Part shown: positions 1 through 15,469 of the stretch, piece after piece | Layout of the letters: every line of letters starts with the position of its first letter | Position numbering within the stretch: position 1 is the first letter of the stretch | Assembly (NCBI RefSeq): GCF_009914755.1 | Contig: NC_060927.1 | DNA length: 64,000 nt | Direction: 5' to 3' (one strand) | Origin: the human T2T-CHM13v2.0 reference genome, Homo sapiens | Notes under the pieces: model-generated | Databases searched by the model: none | What the model saw: the letters and a program-made list of their open reading frames with translations, nothing else | What the model was told of the DNA's origin: nothing | Translations under genes and position numbers: made by a program

Positions 1-962
1 ACACCGAATTCTTACCTTTGTAATGTAATGGACAACTGGGTCTGATTATGGGCTATAGCCCATCTTCTAAGGTTACTTTGGTCTTGACACCTCCACAGCT
101 CACCGAACCCTTCTGTGGTTTGGTAAGGAGGGACCCCAGATGTCCTGTCTAGCTGTTACTTGTGAACATCTATTTGGTATCCAGTTACTTCAAAAAAGCA
201 TAGTCTTACTTTTGAAAAACCTGTGCCACAATGTGTAACTTTAACATAGTCAGTATATTAGTAAAATAAAAGCTAAATTTTTGAGAACCAGGAAATTTGT
301 TTTACATGCATAATGTCACTTACATTCACAATATCTTTGTACAATGAAGGAAAGACTGGAACTCAAGCAGTCTGAGTCCAGAACACAAACTCTGGAAAAT
401 GTACAGAGTGATGGACCAGTGGTTTGTTAGGCACACTGTTATTTTATCATCATCGTCGTTATAACTGTCAAGTAGTATGTGCCTATGCATTAAGCAATCA
501 AAGCACAACTTTATGTTTGTCCTGTATCATCATTGTTAAATTTATTCAAGAGTTTAATCTCCTGCTTTTGGGAGAAAAAAATGAATGTGGTTTTGCACTC
601 ATACTTAGGTAACAGATAATCTTACAGTCATCATGAGTTATAAAAACAGAGCGCCTTACAGATTTACTGAAAATCTGTTCTGAAATTCCCTTGAGTTGCC
701 TGGATGTCTTTTGCCTATGCTTGTAACTCTCCAAGGTTCCTACAAATCCAACATTCCTATTTGACTTCTTACTGCTAAGGTCCCTCTCCTCCTGTAATCA
801 CCTGTTAAATAGGACACTATAGACCCTATGTCAGCTCTTTCTCTCAAATATCTCATATCTGGTCTTTGGGAATCATACTTTATTTTCCTTGACATACTCT
901 GATATATACAAGTAGAATACAACTCAGTCATCTCTATCCTGCTTTTTCAGGTTGCCTTAAAC

Positions 963-1311
963 CAGCACTCCCCAACCTTTTTGGCACCAGAAACTGGTTT
1001 TGTAAGAGACATTTTTCCCACAGATGGAGTGGAGCTGGGTGGTATGGTTCTGAGATGAAACTGTTCCACTTCCACCACAAATCATCAGGCATTACATTCT
1101 CACAAGGGGGGTACAACCTAGATCCCTTGCATGCACAGTTCACAATAGGGTTTGCCCTCCTCTGAGAATCTAATGCCACTGCTGATCTTACAGGAGGTGG
1201 AGCTCAAGCAGTAATGCTCTCTGGCCTTCCACTCACCTCCTGTTGTGTGTCCTGGTTCCTAACAGGCCACAGACCAGTACCAGCTCATGGCCCAAGTGTT
1301 GGGTACCCCTG
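963..1311 (-). mobile_element. MER1B hAT-Charlie MITE
   Basis: Ends CAGCACTCCCCAACCTTTTTGGCACCAG and GTTGGGTACCCCTG match the MER1B reverse complement; degenerate 8-bp TSD CCTTAAAC/CTTTAAAG. Confidence 0.9.
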
Positions 1312-2184
1312 CTTTAAAGTCTTTTAGTCTCAGGGCATGCATCAGTCCACTGTATCTTCTAACTGCAGGGGACACCTTTCAGGGTCCTCAAGTGGGCTCA
1401 TGGAACCGCACTTCTCCTTGAAAGGAAGGGAACAATCTCACCCCTGTCTCCACTAAAACACCTATAGAGGTTCCTCAAAGCAAAGAAATAGGTGTCCCCA
1501 AATAATTTTATTTGATAAATTCTGCCCCATTCTTTGCACTCTCTCCACTCTTTTATGTCTTGAAAATGAGCCAAGGCAATCCAGAGTCATAGAATCTATT
1601 CTCAGCCATTTCCTTAGTAAACCCAATTTATAGTGGTGCATCTCATTCTTTCTTTCATACTTGACATCAATTGCTATGGCATCAAATTAAAAAATAAAAT
1701 AGTAGGAGTCCTAATCTAACATCCTAAATTATAAGTGAGCATCCACTATGTTGTAGACACAATGCTCCTTGTCCTTGGCACAATTTATAACCTACCCACT
1801 ACACTTTTAGCTAAAATGAGATTAAGTGCCCTCTTCAGTGAACTATCACTTATCACTCACACACTAGACAGTATGTACTATGCTACTTGATAGGTCTTTT
1901 CACATGAATAGAACATAGTCCCTATCATCTAAAGAAATTACACACTAGCAAAACAATTAAAAAAGTAAAGAATATTTTAAATTACAAGAGATTAATATTA
2001 TAACAGGAGATAACAAATGCTTTTGAAATATATAGAAAGTATACATCCCAGCATTGTAGCCAAGGGAAAATGATTGAGAGGAGGAAACTATATACAGAAA
2101 AGGTGTCCTGAAAAAGTATTGCCTATAGAATATATATGAATTGGGCAACAGGTGAAGAATGGGAAAAGAGCAAACCAGGCAGGG

Positions 2185-2935
2185 TATAGCAGACTCTGTT
2201 GCTTACAAACCCAATGTTCTTTCCCTTTCTTTTTCCCTCTTAACAAATTCCAGATTTTCTCAGACACCCACTCCTCCTGTATACACCATGTACCTCAGAA
2301 GAAGTAAATTTTATCCCCAGATTCAGGAGTGACTCTGATTGGTCTAAGATGGGGTTTCTCAATTATGGCACTTCTGACATTTGGTGCTGGATAATTCTGT
2401 GTTTAAGCAGGCAGCGGGAGAAGAGAAGCTGTCCCATATACTATAAAATGTATAGCAGCAGGGTGTTACCACCCACTAGATGACAGTAGCACCCAACACA
2501 TTCCCCCAACAACCCACCCTGCACACCTCAACTTGTGACAACCAAAAATATCTTCAGACACTGATAAATGTCTGCTGGGGAGCAAAATATGTCCCCTCAC
2601 CTCGAGTCACAGGTCCAAGGATAATTTCAATGGTTCTACAATGAGCATGTAACCAAACTCTGACTCTTCTCATTCTTCCTATCTCTGTTCTGTGTATTGC
2701 TGTGATGCCTGGAACTGCTACAGCCATCTTGCTTCAGCTTGAATAAAAAGGTAGTTAACAAAGATAATGGAAGAAAAGTAGAAAGAACCCAAGACCTTGA
2801 TGATCTTGTTAAGTGGATTCTTTGTTGTAGGAATTGTCCTGAATGTCCTGATACATGAAATAATATATTTCTTGTCTAATACAGTTTGTTTTGAGGTTTT
2901 TACAAATTGCAGCACAGAGATGTTTAGCTGGTACA
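2185..2935 (+). mobile_element. MLT1J-like MaLR solo LTR
   Basis: Start T(A)TAGCAGACTCTGTTG and end TTGCAGCACAGAGATGTTTAGCTGGTACA resemble MLT1J termini. Confidence 0.7.
2350..2612 (-). mobile_element. MER20 hAT-Charlie MITE nested in MLT1J
   Basis: GGGTTTCTCAA...TTGTGACAACCAAAAATATCTTCAGACA...GGGGAGCAAAAT; TSD GTCTAAGA/GTCCAAGG. Confidence 0.85.
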
Positions 2936-5483
2936 AGAAGAAACAGGCATGTGCCCCATTCTGAGATTAAGAGAGTAGGGTACAATTAAGGAACTTCAAG
3001 TAATTCAGTATGGCTGGTGTATGAAAACTTAAATGACTACATGAAGAAAGATCAAGTATATGACAGCGATTAAAGATGAAAATACTGTATGCAATGATAA
3101 GTAGTCGTTGGGAGATACTGAAGGTTTAAGTAGGATCAGAATTGGTTTTTAAAACACAGGTCAAGTTTTGAATGCCAGATGAGAAAAGCAAGACTGAAGT
3201 CAGAAATCAGAATTAGGAGGCAATTGCAGTAGTAAATGTGAGAATAGAAGGGGCTTTCTTTACTTCCACTGCACAAAAATAGTTTGCTTTTTAGTTTTTC
3301 TTCACTGCATTCAAAGTTAAATGATCAAATTTCTGCTTTCTCATCCTTCTGAAACAATGGTTTCTCATTTGAGGAACATGTCTCATTTATAGTTAGCTAA
3401 TACACCACCAGTTAAAACCAAAAAGGATACTTCTATTTTTATACTTTCAAGTAAAACAGATTTCTACATACAGGAATCTGACTTTGATCTTTACAATTCT
3501 ACCAATACAATAGTCTTTTTATCACACAATAATTATATCAAGACTTTCATAAAGCTAGAGTAACACCCATGTGGGCCTCTCATGCATAGTGACCATATGT
3601 AGGGAATGAGCTGTGAGATGAGAACAGGGTACAAACGCCGGGTCTTGTTCCAGATGGTTGAGTATGCTGAGGTCTACCTATTAGTTAAGTGGGATATTTT
3701 TACAGTCTATTTTCCCAATTAGTTATGGAGTTGTATGCAAAATCTTTAAATGGTTTAGAGCAGAACAACTTTTTGCCATAAAGTTAAATTAGGACTATTC
3801 AGAAGTTTCTACCATAAAGATTTGTTTATGAACTTTTTAAATATTAATTATTTAATTGACAAACAAAAATTATATGCACCTATGGAGTACAACATAATAT
3901 TCTGAAATATGTATACAATAAAGAATGGCTAAATCAAGCTGATTAATATATGCATTACCTCACATACCTATCCTTATTGGTGATAACACAATATCTACTC
4001 TTGTAGTGATTTACAAGTATACTATACACTGTTAAATATCGTCACCATGTTATACAATAGATCCCTTGAACTTATTCTCCTAATGGAAATTTTGTATCCT
4101 TCAATCAACATTTCCCCAACCCACTCCCAACTCCTAGTTCCTGGTAACCACCATTCTACTCTTTGCTCCTATGAGTTCCACACTTTAAGATTCCACCTCT
4201 AAGTAAGATCATGCAGTATTTGTCTTTCTGTGCCTGGTTTATTTCACATAATATAAGATCCTCCAACTCCATCTATATGATCTCAAATTACAGAGTTTCT
4301 GTCTTTTTTAGGGCTGAATAGTATTCCATTGTGTATATATACCACATTTTCTTTATTCATTCATCTGCATAAGGACACTTAAGTTGTTTCTATCTCTTGT
4401 ATATTGTGAATAATGCTGTAATGGATATAAGAGTGCAGATATCTCTTCAACATACTGATTTTAATTTCTTTGGATATATACCCAGAACTTGGGTTTATGA
4501 ATCATATGGTAATTCTGTTTTTAGTTTTTTGAAGAACCTCCATATTGTTTTTCATAATGGCTCTACTAATTTCCATTCCCACCAACAATGTACAAGAGAT
4601 CCCCTTTCTCCACATCATCAACACTTACTTCTAATCTGCTTAATGATAGCTGTTCTAACAGATGTGAGGTGATGGTTCGTGGTTTTGATCTGCATTACAC
4701 TGATGATTAGTGATGTTGAGCATTGTTTTTCATTTGCCTGTTGGTAATTGCATGTCTGCCTTTGCCCATTTTCAATAGGGTTATTTGCTTTCTTGTTGTT
4801 GAGTTGTTTGAGCTTTTACATATTTTAGATACTAGGCTTTCATCACATGTAGAATTTGCAAATGTTTTCTCCAAATCTGTGGGCTGCCTCTTTACTCTGT
4901 TGGTTGTTTCCTTTGGCTTACAGAAACTTCTGGTTTAGTGTAATCTCATTTGTCTATTTTGATTTTTCTACCTGTGCTTTTGAGGTCATCTCCAAAAAAT
5001 TATTGCCTAAAGCAAAGATTTTTAATACTTCGAGCAATGAGACTTAATGGAGGTTTTTCCCTTTTCTTTTAGTAGTTTTACAGCTTCAGAATTTTTAAGT
5101 TTACAGTTCATTTTTAGTTGATTTCTGTATATGATATGAGATGATAGTCTAATTTTATTTCTCTGCATGTGAATATTGAGTTCTCCCAGCACCGTTTATT
5201 GAAGAAACTTTCCCTTCTCCACTGTGTGTCCTTGTTATCTTTATCAAAAATCAATTTTACTGTAACCCATAAATTTATTTCTGGGCTCTCAATTCTTCTC
5301 TAGTGGTCTATGTGTCTGTGTTTATGCCACTACGGTGCTGTTTTGGTTACTATAGCTTTGTAGTACATTTTGAGTTAGGTAGTTTGATGACCATATCTTT
5401 CTTTTTGGGTTTTTTGTTGTTTATTTGAAGGGATTTTTTGTTTTGTTTTGTTTTGCTCAAAATTGCTTTGACTGGTAGGGGTA

Positions 5484-5827
5484 TGATGTGGTTTGGCTGT
5501 GTCTCCACCCAAATCTCATCTTGAATTCCCACGTGTTGTGCAAGGGACCTGGTGGGAGGTAATTGAATCATGGCGGGGCGGGTCTTTTCCATGCTGTTCT
5601 CATGATAGTGAATAAGTCTCATGAGATCTGATGATTTTAAAAATGGGAGTTTCCCTGCACAAGCTCTTTTTGCCTCCTGCCATCCATGTAAAATGTGACT
5701 TGCTCCTCCTTGCCTTCCACCATGATTGAGAGGCCTCCTCAGTCACTTGGAACTGTCAGTTCATTAAACCCTTTTTCCTGTATAAATTACCCAGTCTTTA
5801 TCAGCAGTGTAAAAATGGACTGACACA
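5484..5827 (+). mobile_element. THE1B solo LTR
   Basis: TGATGTGGTTTGGCTGTGTC...GGACTGACACA; 5-bp TSD GGGTA/GGGCA. Confidence 0.9.
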
Positions 5828-6080
5828 GGGCATCTGTGGATTCCTACTAATTTTAGGATTTTTTTCTATTTATGTGAAAAATGTCATTGGAATTTTCATA
5901 GAAATTGCAATGAATCACTATCACTTTGGGTAGTATTGCCATTTTAACAATTTTAATTGTTCCAATTCATGAACACAGGATATGTTTCCATTTATTTGTG
6001 TCTTCAATTTCTTTTGTCAAAGATTAATAGTTTTCAGTGTATAGGTCTTTCACATCCTTGGTTAAATTTATTCCTAATTA

Positions 6081-6442
6081 CAGATTCTCCTTAACTTAAG
6101 ATGGGGTTACATCCCAATAAGCCAATCATAAATTAAAGATATTATAAATTAAAATGCATTTAATACTCCTAACCTATCGAAGAGAATAGCTTAGCCTTGT
6201 CTAACTTAAATGTGCTCAGAAGACATATATTAGCCTATAGTTGAACAAAATATCATTTAACACAAAGCCTATTTTATAATAAAGTGTCAAATATCTCATG
6301 TAATTTATTGAATATTATATGAAACGTGAAAAATAGAATGCTTGTATGGGTACTCAAAGTACAGTTTCTAGTGCATATGTATCACATTTGTAGCATTCTA
6401 AGGTTGAAAATTTATAAGTCAAACCATCTGAGGGAGCATCTG
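6081..6442 (+). mobile_element. MER47A Tigger-type MITE
   Basis: CAGATTCTCCTTAACTTAAGATGGGGTTAC...GGGAGCATCTG; TA TSD on both sides. Confidence 0.88.
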
Positions 6443-9049
6443 TATTTTATTTCTTTGTACCTATGGTAAATGAGGTTGATTTCTTGATTTTTTTTCAAGC
6501 AGTATGTTGTTAGTATATAGAAATGCTAGTAGTTTTTGTATGTTGGCTTTGCATATTACAAATTTACTGGATTTATTTATTAGTTCTAACAGATTTTGGT
6601 GGAGTTGTTAGGGTTTTTTATATATATATAATTTTGTCATCTGTAAAGACAACTTAACATCTTGCTTTGCAATGTGAATATGGTTGATTTCTTCGTCTTG
6701 GCTAACTGCTCTTTGAGGACTTCCAGTACTATGTTAAATAAAACTGATGAGAGTGGACTTTGTCTTGTTCCTATCTTAGAAGAAAAGCTTTCCATTTTTC
6801 ATCATTGAATATAATGTTAGTTGTGTGCTTGTCATTTATGGCCTTCAGTATGTTCACGTGCATTCATTCTAATTTGTTGAAAACATTTTATTGGAACGTT
6901 GGATGCTGAATTTTGTGAAGTGCTTTTTTGTATCTACTGAGATGATCATATTGTTTTTGTCCTGAATTCTGCTATTATGGTTATCACATTGATTGATTTG
7001 CATGTGTTGATTTTCCTTGCATCTCTGGAATATATCCCAGCTGATCATGGTGAATGATCTTTTAATGTGTTGAATTCAGTTAGCTAGTATTTGGCTGAGG
7101 ATTTTTACGTCTATTTTCATTAGAGATATTGGCCTGTTTCCTTTTCTTATAGTGTCCTTATCTGACTTTTGTATAAAGGAAAAGCTGGCTCAAAAAATGA
7201 GTTTAGAAGTTTTTTACTTCATTTTTAGAAAAGGCTGAGTAGAGGTTAGTATTAGTTCTTCAAATATTCAATATAATTCAATAGTGAAACAAGCAGGTGC
7301 TGGACTTTTCTCTGATGAGAGACTTTTTATTAGAGATTCAGTCTCCTTACTTGTTATTGGTTTGTTCAGATTTTGTAATTCTTCCTGAATCAGTTTTGGT
7401 ATACTACATTTTTCTAGAAATTTATCCATTTCTTGTAGGTTATACAATTTGTGGGTGTATAATTGTTCATAGTTATCTCTTATAACCCTTTATATTTATG
7501 TGATATCAATTGAAAGGTCTCCCTTTTCATTTCTAGTTTTCATCTTTTATTTCTTCTTAGTCTAGCTAAAGATTTATTGATTTTGTCTCTGAAAGCAAAC
7601 TCTTATTTTTGTTGATTTTATCTATTTTTTGTCTCTTTCATTTATTTTTACTCTGATCTTTCTTATTTCTTTTCTTCTAATAACCTTGGGCTTAGTTTGT
7701 TTTTTTTTATAGGTCCCTAAGTGGTTATGCAAATTTTGATAGTAAATTGCTGATGGTAAAATTAAACATGCTGTACTAGGCTATCAGAAATATACTAATT
7801 TATAATTTTATTTATATCAGAGATAGGTTAGTCTATATATCTCTGGTACTGTTTTACATGGTATATTTGTGCAGGCACTTTTTCCTGCTGAAATTTGCTT
7901 TTATTTTCTTTCTCTCATAATGCTGATAACACTGAAATTCCACCCACAAATGTATCTTAGTTCATTTTAGAACCAATGTTATGGAAGTAAAAAAATGTAT
8001 ATTAGGAATTATTTAATACTTAATCTCTTTCCTCTCTTTAATCAAGAATGAAACTGAATAATTTACCATGTTAAAGAGGAAGTACCACGAAACTGTGATC
8101 AATATCTCTTTGATATTTAGTACCTTTTCATTGGCTTTTGTTTTGTTTTTGCTTTTGTGTTAAAACTGATGTACTGTTTGCAGCCCTTTTCTAATGTCCT
8201 AACTGACTTATTGATTTTATTCTGTAGTTTAAAAAATTAAAGCTGCTGCATTAACTGGCTTTTAAATTCATTTTTAGCTTTTGGCTGAAAGAGGTAACTG
8301 ATATGTGTGTGCACCTACCCCATGGGAATGGCTAGAAAGAATGTCCAAAAGGGTTTGGTGATGGTTATATCAGACAGGGATACTCACATCAGAAGCATTT
8401 ATGAAGAATGTCTGATGCAGACATATATGTGCATGTTTATAAGGATCTAATCTTTCACCAATGAGCAGGTGATGGGTGTAAGTAATGTTTTTAAATCCCT
8501 GTGTACCACAATGGAAACATGAATTATCCTGTTATCATAGTGCTCCAGAAAGCAAGGGACTTCTTAGATCATCTGTTACATCCTTTGAAAAATTTAGAAT
8601 TAGTTCTTAGAGAAGGTCTTCCAGGGCTTGTTCAAAGTTTAGATTTCTTTGGCCATAAGCATTTCTCCATTTTCCATGTCACTGACTTTGATTAAGTAGC
8701 ACTTCTAAAAATTATGCTACATTTATATTTGATCAACTTCATCTTATTAGTTCTAAATATTCAAAAGTAAAACCAATGTCCTTTAATTTTTTAAGATCTA
8801 AAGCTATCTTTTTAATTCAAAGACCTAAATCATAATTTTTAATATAAATAAATTAAGCAATTTATTTGCCCAAAAACCCATCATTGTTATTAAAAGTGTC
8901 TATACTTCTATCTTAAACATCCTACTATCCAAACTATGGTAGAATGTTTTTGTTTGTTTGTGAGCAAATTACTATTTTGATGTGGAAACACTAACATTTT
9001 TAAATATAAATTGATAGTTTCCCCACCCCACCCCACCCCCCAGAAAATG

Positions 9050-9305
9050 CTCACATCTTTGGAAAACTATTCCATTTCTGGTAGTCTATCCTAAGAAAAT
9101 AATACAAAACAAGGGAAAGATCTATATTTCAAAGAGGAAAATGGAAAACAACCTAAATGTCTAGCAATGTGGGAATAGTTAATTAAGCTAGTTTTCCCTT
9201 TAATAAAACCTTATGGAAATTCTGCCTGTTCTATTCAGTACTGATGGCAAATCCTAGTATACAGTAGGCACTCAAGATGTATCTGTTGAATAAATAAATG
9301 AATGT
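9050..9305 (+). mobile_element. Old L1ME fragment followed by an L2 3' end
   Basis: GGAAAACAACCTAAATGTCTAGCAATG (L1M); CAGTAGGCACTCAAGATGTATCTGTTGAATAAATAAATGAATG (L2 tail). Confidence 0.55.
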
Positions 9306-9669
9306 TTCACCCATTAGCTTTATAATTAGGAACACTAACTAAATGGCAAAAATGCTTCTGATGCAAAGCACAGAATTTAGCAAAAATGTAGACATAGAAA
9401 TATTCCTATTATTTGGCTATACTCTTTCTTTCTCTTTTTCCCTTCCTGATGTCCATTTATTCTACTTCTTTTAGCCTTTGTAATCGCAAGAGCAAGCCAT
9501 CTTAATTATACCAGGCAAAGGGGCTCTAGCTTATAACTGACATAGAACTCATGCTGTGGCAATGGTTTTAAAAAAGTATGTAGGTTTACCTTTAGCCTCA
9601 AAATGGAAAACATGTCATTTTTGAATACAAGTCTAACTTGAAAGGTCTTATAGCCAAAATAATATTGTT

Positions 9670-11180
<1,511 letters not shown>

Positions 11181-11621
11181 TAATATTTTTAATTAGAAAA
11201 ATGTTTAAGAGTGATAAGTATAAAGATGATAAATAGAAACAATTATGACAAAAATTTTAAAAGTCAGATGAGGATTAAATTGGTACACAAAATGGACACT
11301 AAATTTGGGGTAGAAGCAGGAAAATAGATATTCAGTTATTGGCAAACATTTCTATAAAGAAAGCATTCACAATTTTTCACTCACCCAGGCCACATGCGTA
11401 CCACATTGACAGAGAAGACTGTCCCAGAAACAACGTATTAAAATCCTTCTATTGTTTTAAAAGGTACATCATTTAGCAAAGAGGTTATTCATGATGTGAA
11501 ATGAATACTTTATGTGTAGAAGTGGAGAGGACCTGATGGTGGAAGAAAGTCTGGTGCTAGATAAGGATATTTTGCAGTGATGTGACCTCATGTGTATAAT
11601 AATGTTGCTTTTCTGTCATTA

Positions 11622-13584
11622 CAATAAATCCTCACTAAACATCCTCGATAGGTTCTCAGAAATTGTAACATTAAGCAAAATGAAGTATAAGAAAAACGAT
11701 TTCACCATAGCCTAATTGACGTCAACAAGAATTAAAGTTTCTATGGCATATTTTGGTCACAAAAATATCAACAAACTTCCACTTCTTTTTTTTTGGCGCA
11801 GTGGGTGGGGGTGGTGTGCGGTGGGGAGGCGGGTTTCACGTGGATTTTTTTTTTTTTTTTTACTTTTTTAACATTTTATTTTAGGCTCGGGGATAAATGT
11901 GGAAGTTTGTTATATAGGTAAACTCATATCACAAGGGGTTTGTTATACAGATTACTTCATCACCCACTTACTAAGCCTAGTGCCTAATTGTTATTTTTTT
12001 CTAATCCTCTCCCTCCTCCCACCCTCCATTCTCAAGTAGGCCCCAGTGTATGCTGTTCCTCTCTTTGTATCTATGAGTTCTCATCATTTTTTCCCACTTC
12101 TGAGAATATGCTGTATTTGGTTTTCTGTTCCTGCATTAGTTTGCTAAGGATAATGGCATTCAGCTCCATCTGTGTTCCTACAAAAGACATAATCTCATTT
12201 TTTTATGGCTACATAATATTCCACAGTTTATATGTACCACATTTTCTTTATCTAATCTGTCATTGATGGGCATTTAGACTGATTCCATGTCTTTGCTATT
12301 GGGAATAGTACTGCAATGAACATTCATGTGCATGTATGTTTACGATATAATTACTTCTATTTCTCTAGGTATATATCCAGTAATGGGGACAGCAGGGTTG
12401 AATGGTTGTTCTATTATTAGCTCTTTGAGGAATCACCACACTGCTTCCCACAATGGTTGAACTAATTTACACTCCCACCAACAGTGTATAAGCATTCCTT
12501 TTTCTCTGGAGCATCACCAGCATCTGTTATTTTTTGACTTTTTAATAACAGTCTTCCTGACTGGTGTGAGATGCTATCTCATTGTGGTTTTGATTTGCCT
12601 TTCCCTAATAATCAGTGATATAGAGGTTTTTTCCCATATTCTTGTGGGCCACATGTATGTCTTATTTATAAAAGTGTTTGTTCATGTCCTTTTCCCACTT
12701 TTTAATGGGTTTTTTTGTTTCTTTCTTGTAAATTTATTTAAGTTCCTTATAGATGCTGGATATTACACCTTTGTCAGATGCATAGTTTCCAAAATACTCT
12801 CCTGTTCTTTAGGTTGTCTGTTTACTCTGTTGGTAGTTTCTGCTGCAGTGCAGAAGCTTTTATATTTAATTAGATCTCATTTGTCAATTTTTACTTTTGT
12901 TGCAATTGCTTTCCATGTCTTCATCATGAAATCTTCACTCATTCCTCTGGCCAGAATAGTGTTGTCAAGTTTGTCTTCCAGGATTTTTATAGTTTTGGGT
13001 TTTATATTTAAGTTTTTAATTCATCTTGAGTTGATTTTTCTACGTGATGTAAGGAAGGGGTCTGGTTTCAAGCTTCTGCATATGGCTAGCTAGTTATCCC
13101 AGCACCACTTATTCAATAGGGAGTCCTTTCCCCATTGCTCATCAAGACCAAAACACTTCTAATATTAAACATTGAAATAAATATGGGCTACACATACATT
13201 TAAGAAATATTAATTTGAAATGAGTAAGATAACTATTTACCCAATCATTCCAGTTCAGGGTCTTGGGTGTCCAGTGCCTACCCCAGCAGCTCAGAGTACC
13301 AGGAAAGAACTAACTCTGGACAGGATGACATCCCATCACAGGGCACACAATCACACACATGCGCTTGCCCAGATGGGGACAATTTAATATGCCAATTCAT
13401 CTAATGTGCACATGCACATCTTTGGGATACAGAAGGAAACCAAAGTAGCCAGAAAAAACCCATGTGGACATGGAAAGAACATGCAAACACCACACAGACA
13501 GTGGCTCCAGCCAGGAATCCATTTTTTTTCTCATCACTATACAAAACAGCATGTAACAAAATGACATTATTCAAGAACCTTCAG
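11622..13584 (-). mobile_element. MER6A Tigger-type element split by an L1 insertion (11622-11779 and ~13141-13584)
   Basis: TA|CAATAAATCCTCACTAAAC start; continues AAGACCAAAACACTTCTAATATTAAAC...GACATTATTCAAGAACC; ~600 bp combined. Confidence 0.82.
11845..13139 (-). mobile_element. 5'-truncated L1PA13-15
   Basis: Poly(T), then 3' UTR antisense GTTTGTTATATAGGTAAACTC...CTAAGCCTAGT, then ORF2 C-terminus antisense. Confidence 0.88.
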
Positions 13585-14134
13585 TGGATGTTTAGAATCG
13601 GAGATTTATAAGAAGAGAGTCCAGGTATCCTTAGCACACACAGCATGCTACCTGACATATTCTGAATTTCATCAATCCTAAGACTCCACAGAGAATAAAC
13701 TGAATCATTATTTCATGTAATTGTAAGAAACAATAGTGCTAAAGATTTAATTATGGCATGCCATCACAGGTAATCAAAATTGTATAAATGTTACAATGTG
13801 GAGGGAAATGTATGTCTTAAAAGTTCATTATGGCAGTAGGAATTCCAGAAATATGTGTATGAACCACATACCATAGATATCCTTATAGTACTTCTAGACT
13901 TCTATTTTACTTTTTTGTTTGTTTTGGTTGGTAACAGCAAAGATACACTATATAATGTCCTCTAACTCCTCAAAGACCATTGAAATTATGCAAGTTCAAA
14001 GGTGAGAAGAATGATAGAGAGAATCTAGTCCATACGCTTACTCAATAAAAGTGAAAACTCAGGCTTATAGAGGTTAGATGACTTGTTGAAAGACCCAACT
14101 CTGTTACATCATGTGCCAATCAAAAAATTCCTAA

Positions 14135-14280
14135 CTCAAAGGATACATGCTTGAGGGGATGGATACCCCATTCTCCATGAGATGTGCTTATTTCACATTG
14201 TGTGCCTATATCAAACATTTCATGTACCCCACAAATATATACACCTACTATGTACACATAAAAATTGAAAATAAAAATAA
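14135..14280 (+). mobile_element. L1MA1/2 3' end fragment
   Basis: GCTTGAGGGGATGGATACCCCATTCTCCATGA...ACACCTACTATGTAC; TSD AAT(T/G)CCTAA. Confidence 0.82.
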
Positions 14281-15469
14281 TTTTTAATGCCTAAGACTAA
14301 AGCTTTTTTAAATAATTAACTTTTGGCACCAACAATTGGAATAACCCATGTCAAAGGATACTCATATTTATTAATAACTAAAACATATCTCTATTATTCT
14401 ATTAAAATAGTACTATGAGTTATTAAATCAGAGATTTATTTCTTATTCTGTTTAATTATTACTTACATATTACCTGTCTCCATGTATAGGCCCTTTGTCA
14501 AATTTTCCTACAAACATGAAACATGACAGAATTAGATTGTACTATTCCAGTAGTGCCATGATTAAGGAATCATTTTATAAATAATGTATTTTCTTGTTTT
14601 TCCTCCCACTAAATATTCATTAAACCAAGCATCAGTATACTTACTCATGTTCCACCTATGTTTTAAAATTGACTATTTTGATTTATTATCATATAACTGT
14701 AGTCTAATAGTTTTATCTTAATTCTTTCCTCTGCTGACAGAAGTGGCCATATCTATAAACTAAGCAATTTGTTCACTAAGCTGTCAGCAGTGATGTAAAG
14801 ATTCTTGCCAAGGGAAGTTTTAGGCACAGCTGTAGAAAATGCAAGTTTCATTTAAGTAAGTTTCATGAGTCTAAAACCACAAATTCCATTGAGATGAGTC
14901 TTTGGCCTTTGAATTTCATTTGGTATATCACACTCACACAGTTCAAAAAGAAATACCAAACTCTGGGGAGCCCATGAGTTTTGTAAGCCTTCTAGGAGTT
15001 GCTTATTTTACTCTATTTGGTTAATTCTACCTAAAAGAAAGAATTTATCTATAGGCCATCTTCAAAATAATGTACGCCTTGTGGGCAAGTCATTCCATGC
15101 TGTCACATTTTCATGCAAGTGAAAAGTGTTTAAGATAAATATCAAGAATTGTGTGAGAGGGAATATGCCTAACACCAGGAGTGGCTAAGAGATTGGTTCA
15201 TTTGGCAAACGGCAGAAGTGCCAGTTGGCAGAAGTGGAGGAGGGAAATTTGTATGACAATTATAGAATTCTCTTCGATGATCTGGAAAAACTAAGATGTG
15301 TGAACTAAACATACTCCTGATAATCCTTTGTGTCATTTCCCATTTTATGATAAAATAAATTATTCTTTCATAATGTGTTTTTCTGTAAACATGATCTGCT
15401 TATAAAAGCTTTCCTTACTACAATGTTACCTAATTATTTGCCAGTTTGTATATTTTAATTTCCAAGATA

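Larger units (their letters stand above)
1900..3250 (-). mobile_element. L2 fragments interrupted by MLT1J
   Basis: Degenerate L2 antisense motifs (CATAGTCCCTATC, CCAGGCAGGG, GAAGGTTTAAG, AGGAGGCAATTGCAGTAGT) on both sides of the LTR; boundaries approximate. Confidence 0.55.
3833..7720 (-). mobile_element. 5'-truncated L1MA (L1MA7/8-like), interrupted by THE1B and MER47A
   Basis: 3' UTR antisense (AATTGACAAACAAAAATT...GAATGGCTAAATCAAGCT) followed by degenerate ORF2 antisense. Confidence 0.85.

Noticed and set aside
48-63. Perfect 16-bp palindrome ATGGGCTATAGCCCAT (also TATGGTAACTTACCATA at 18790-18806)
   Set aside because: About one 8-bp-arm palindrome is expected by chance in 64 kb
1088-1177. 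Inverted repeat GGCATTACATTCTCA / TGAGAATCTAATGCC
   Set aside because: Intrinsic to the MER1 consensus
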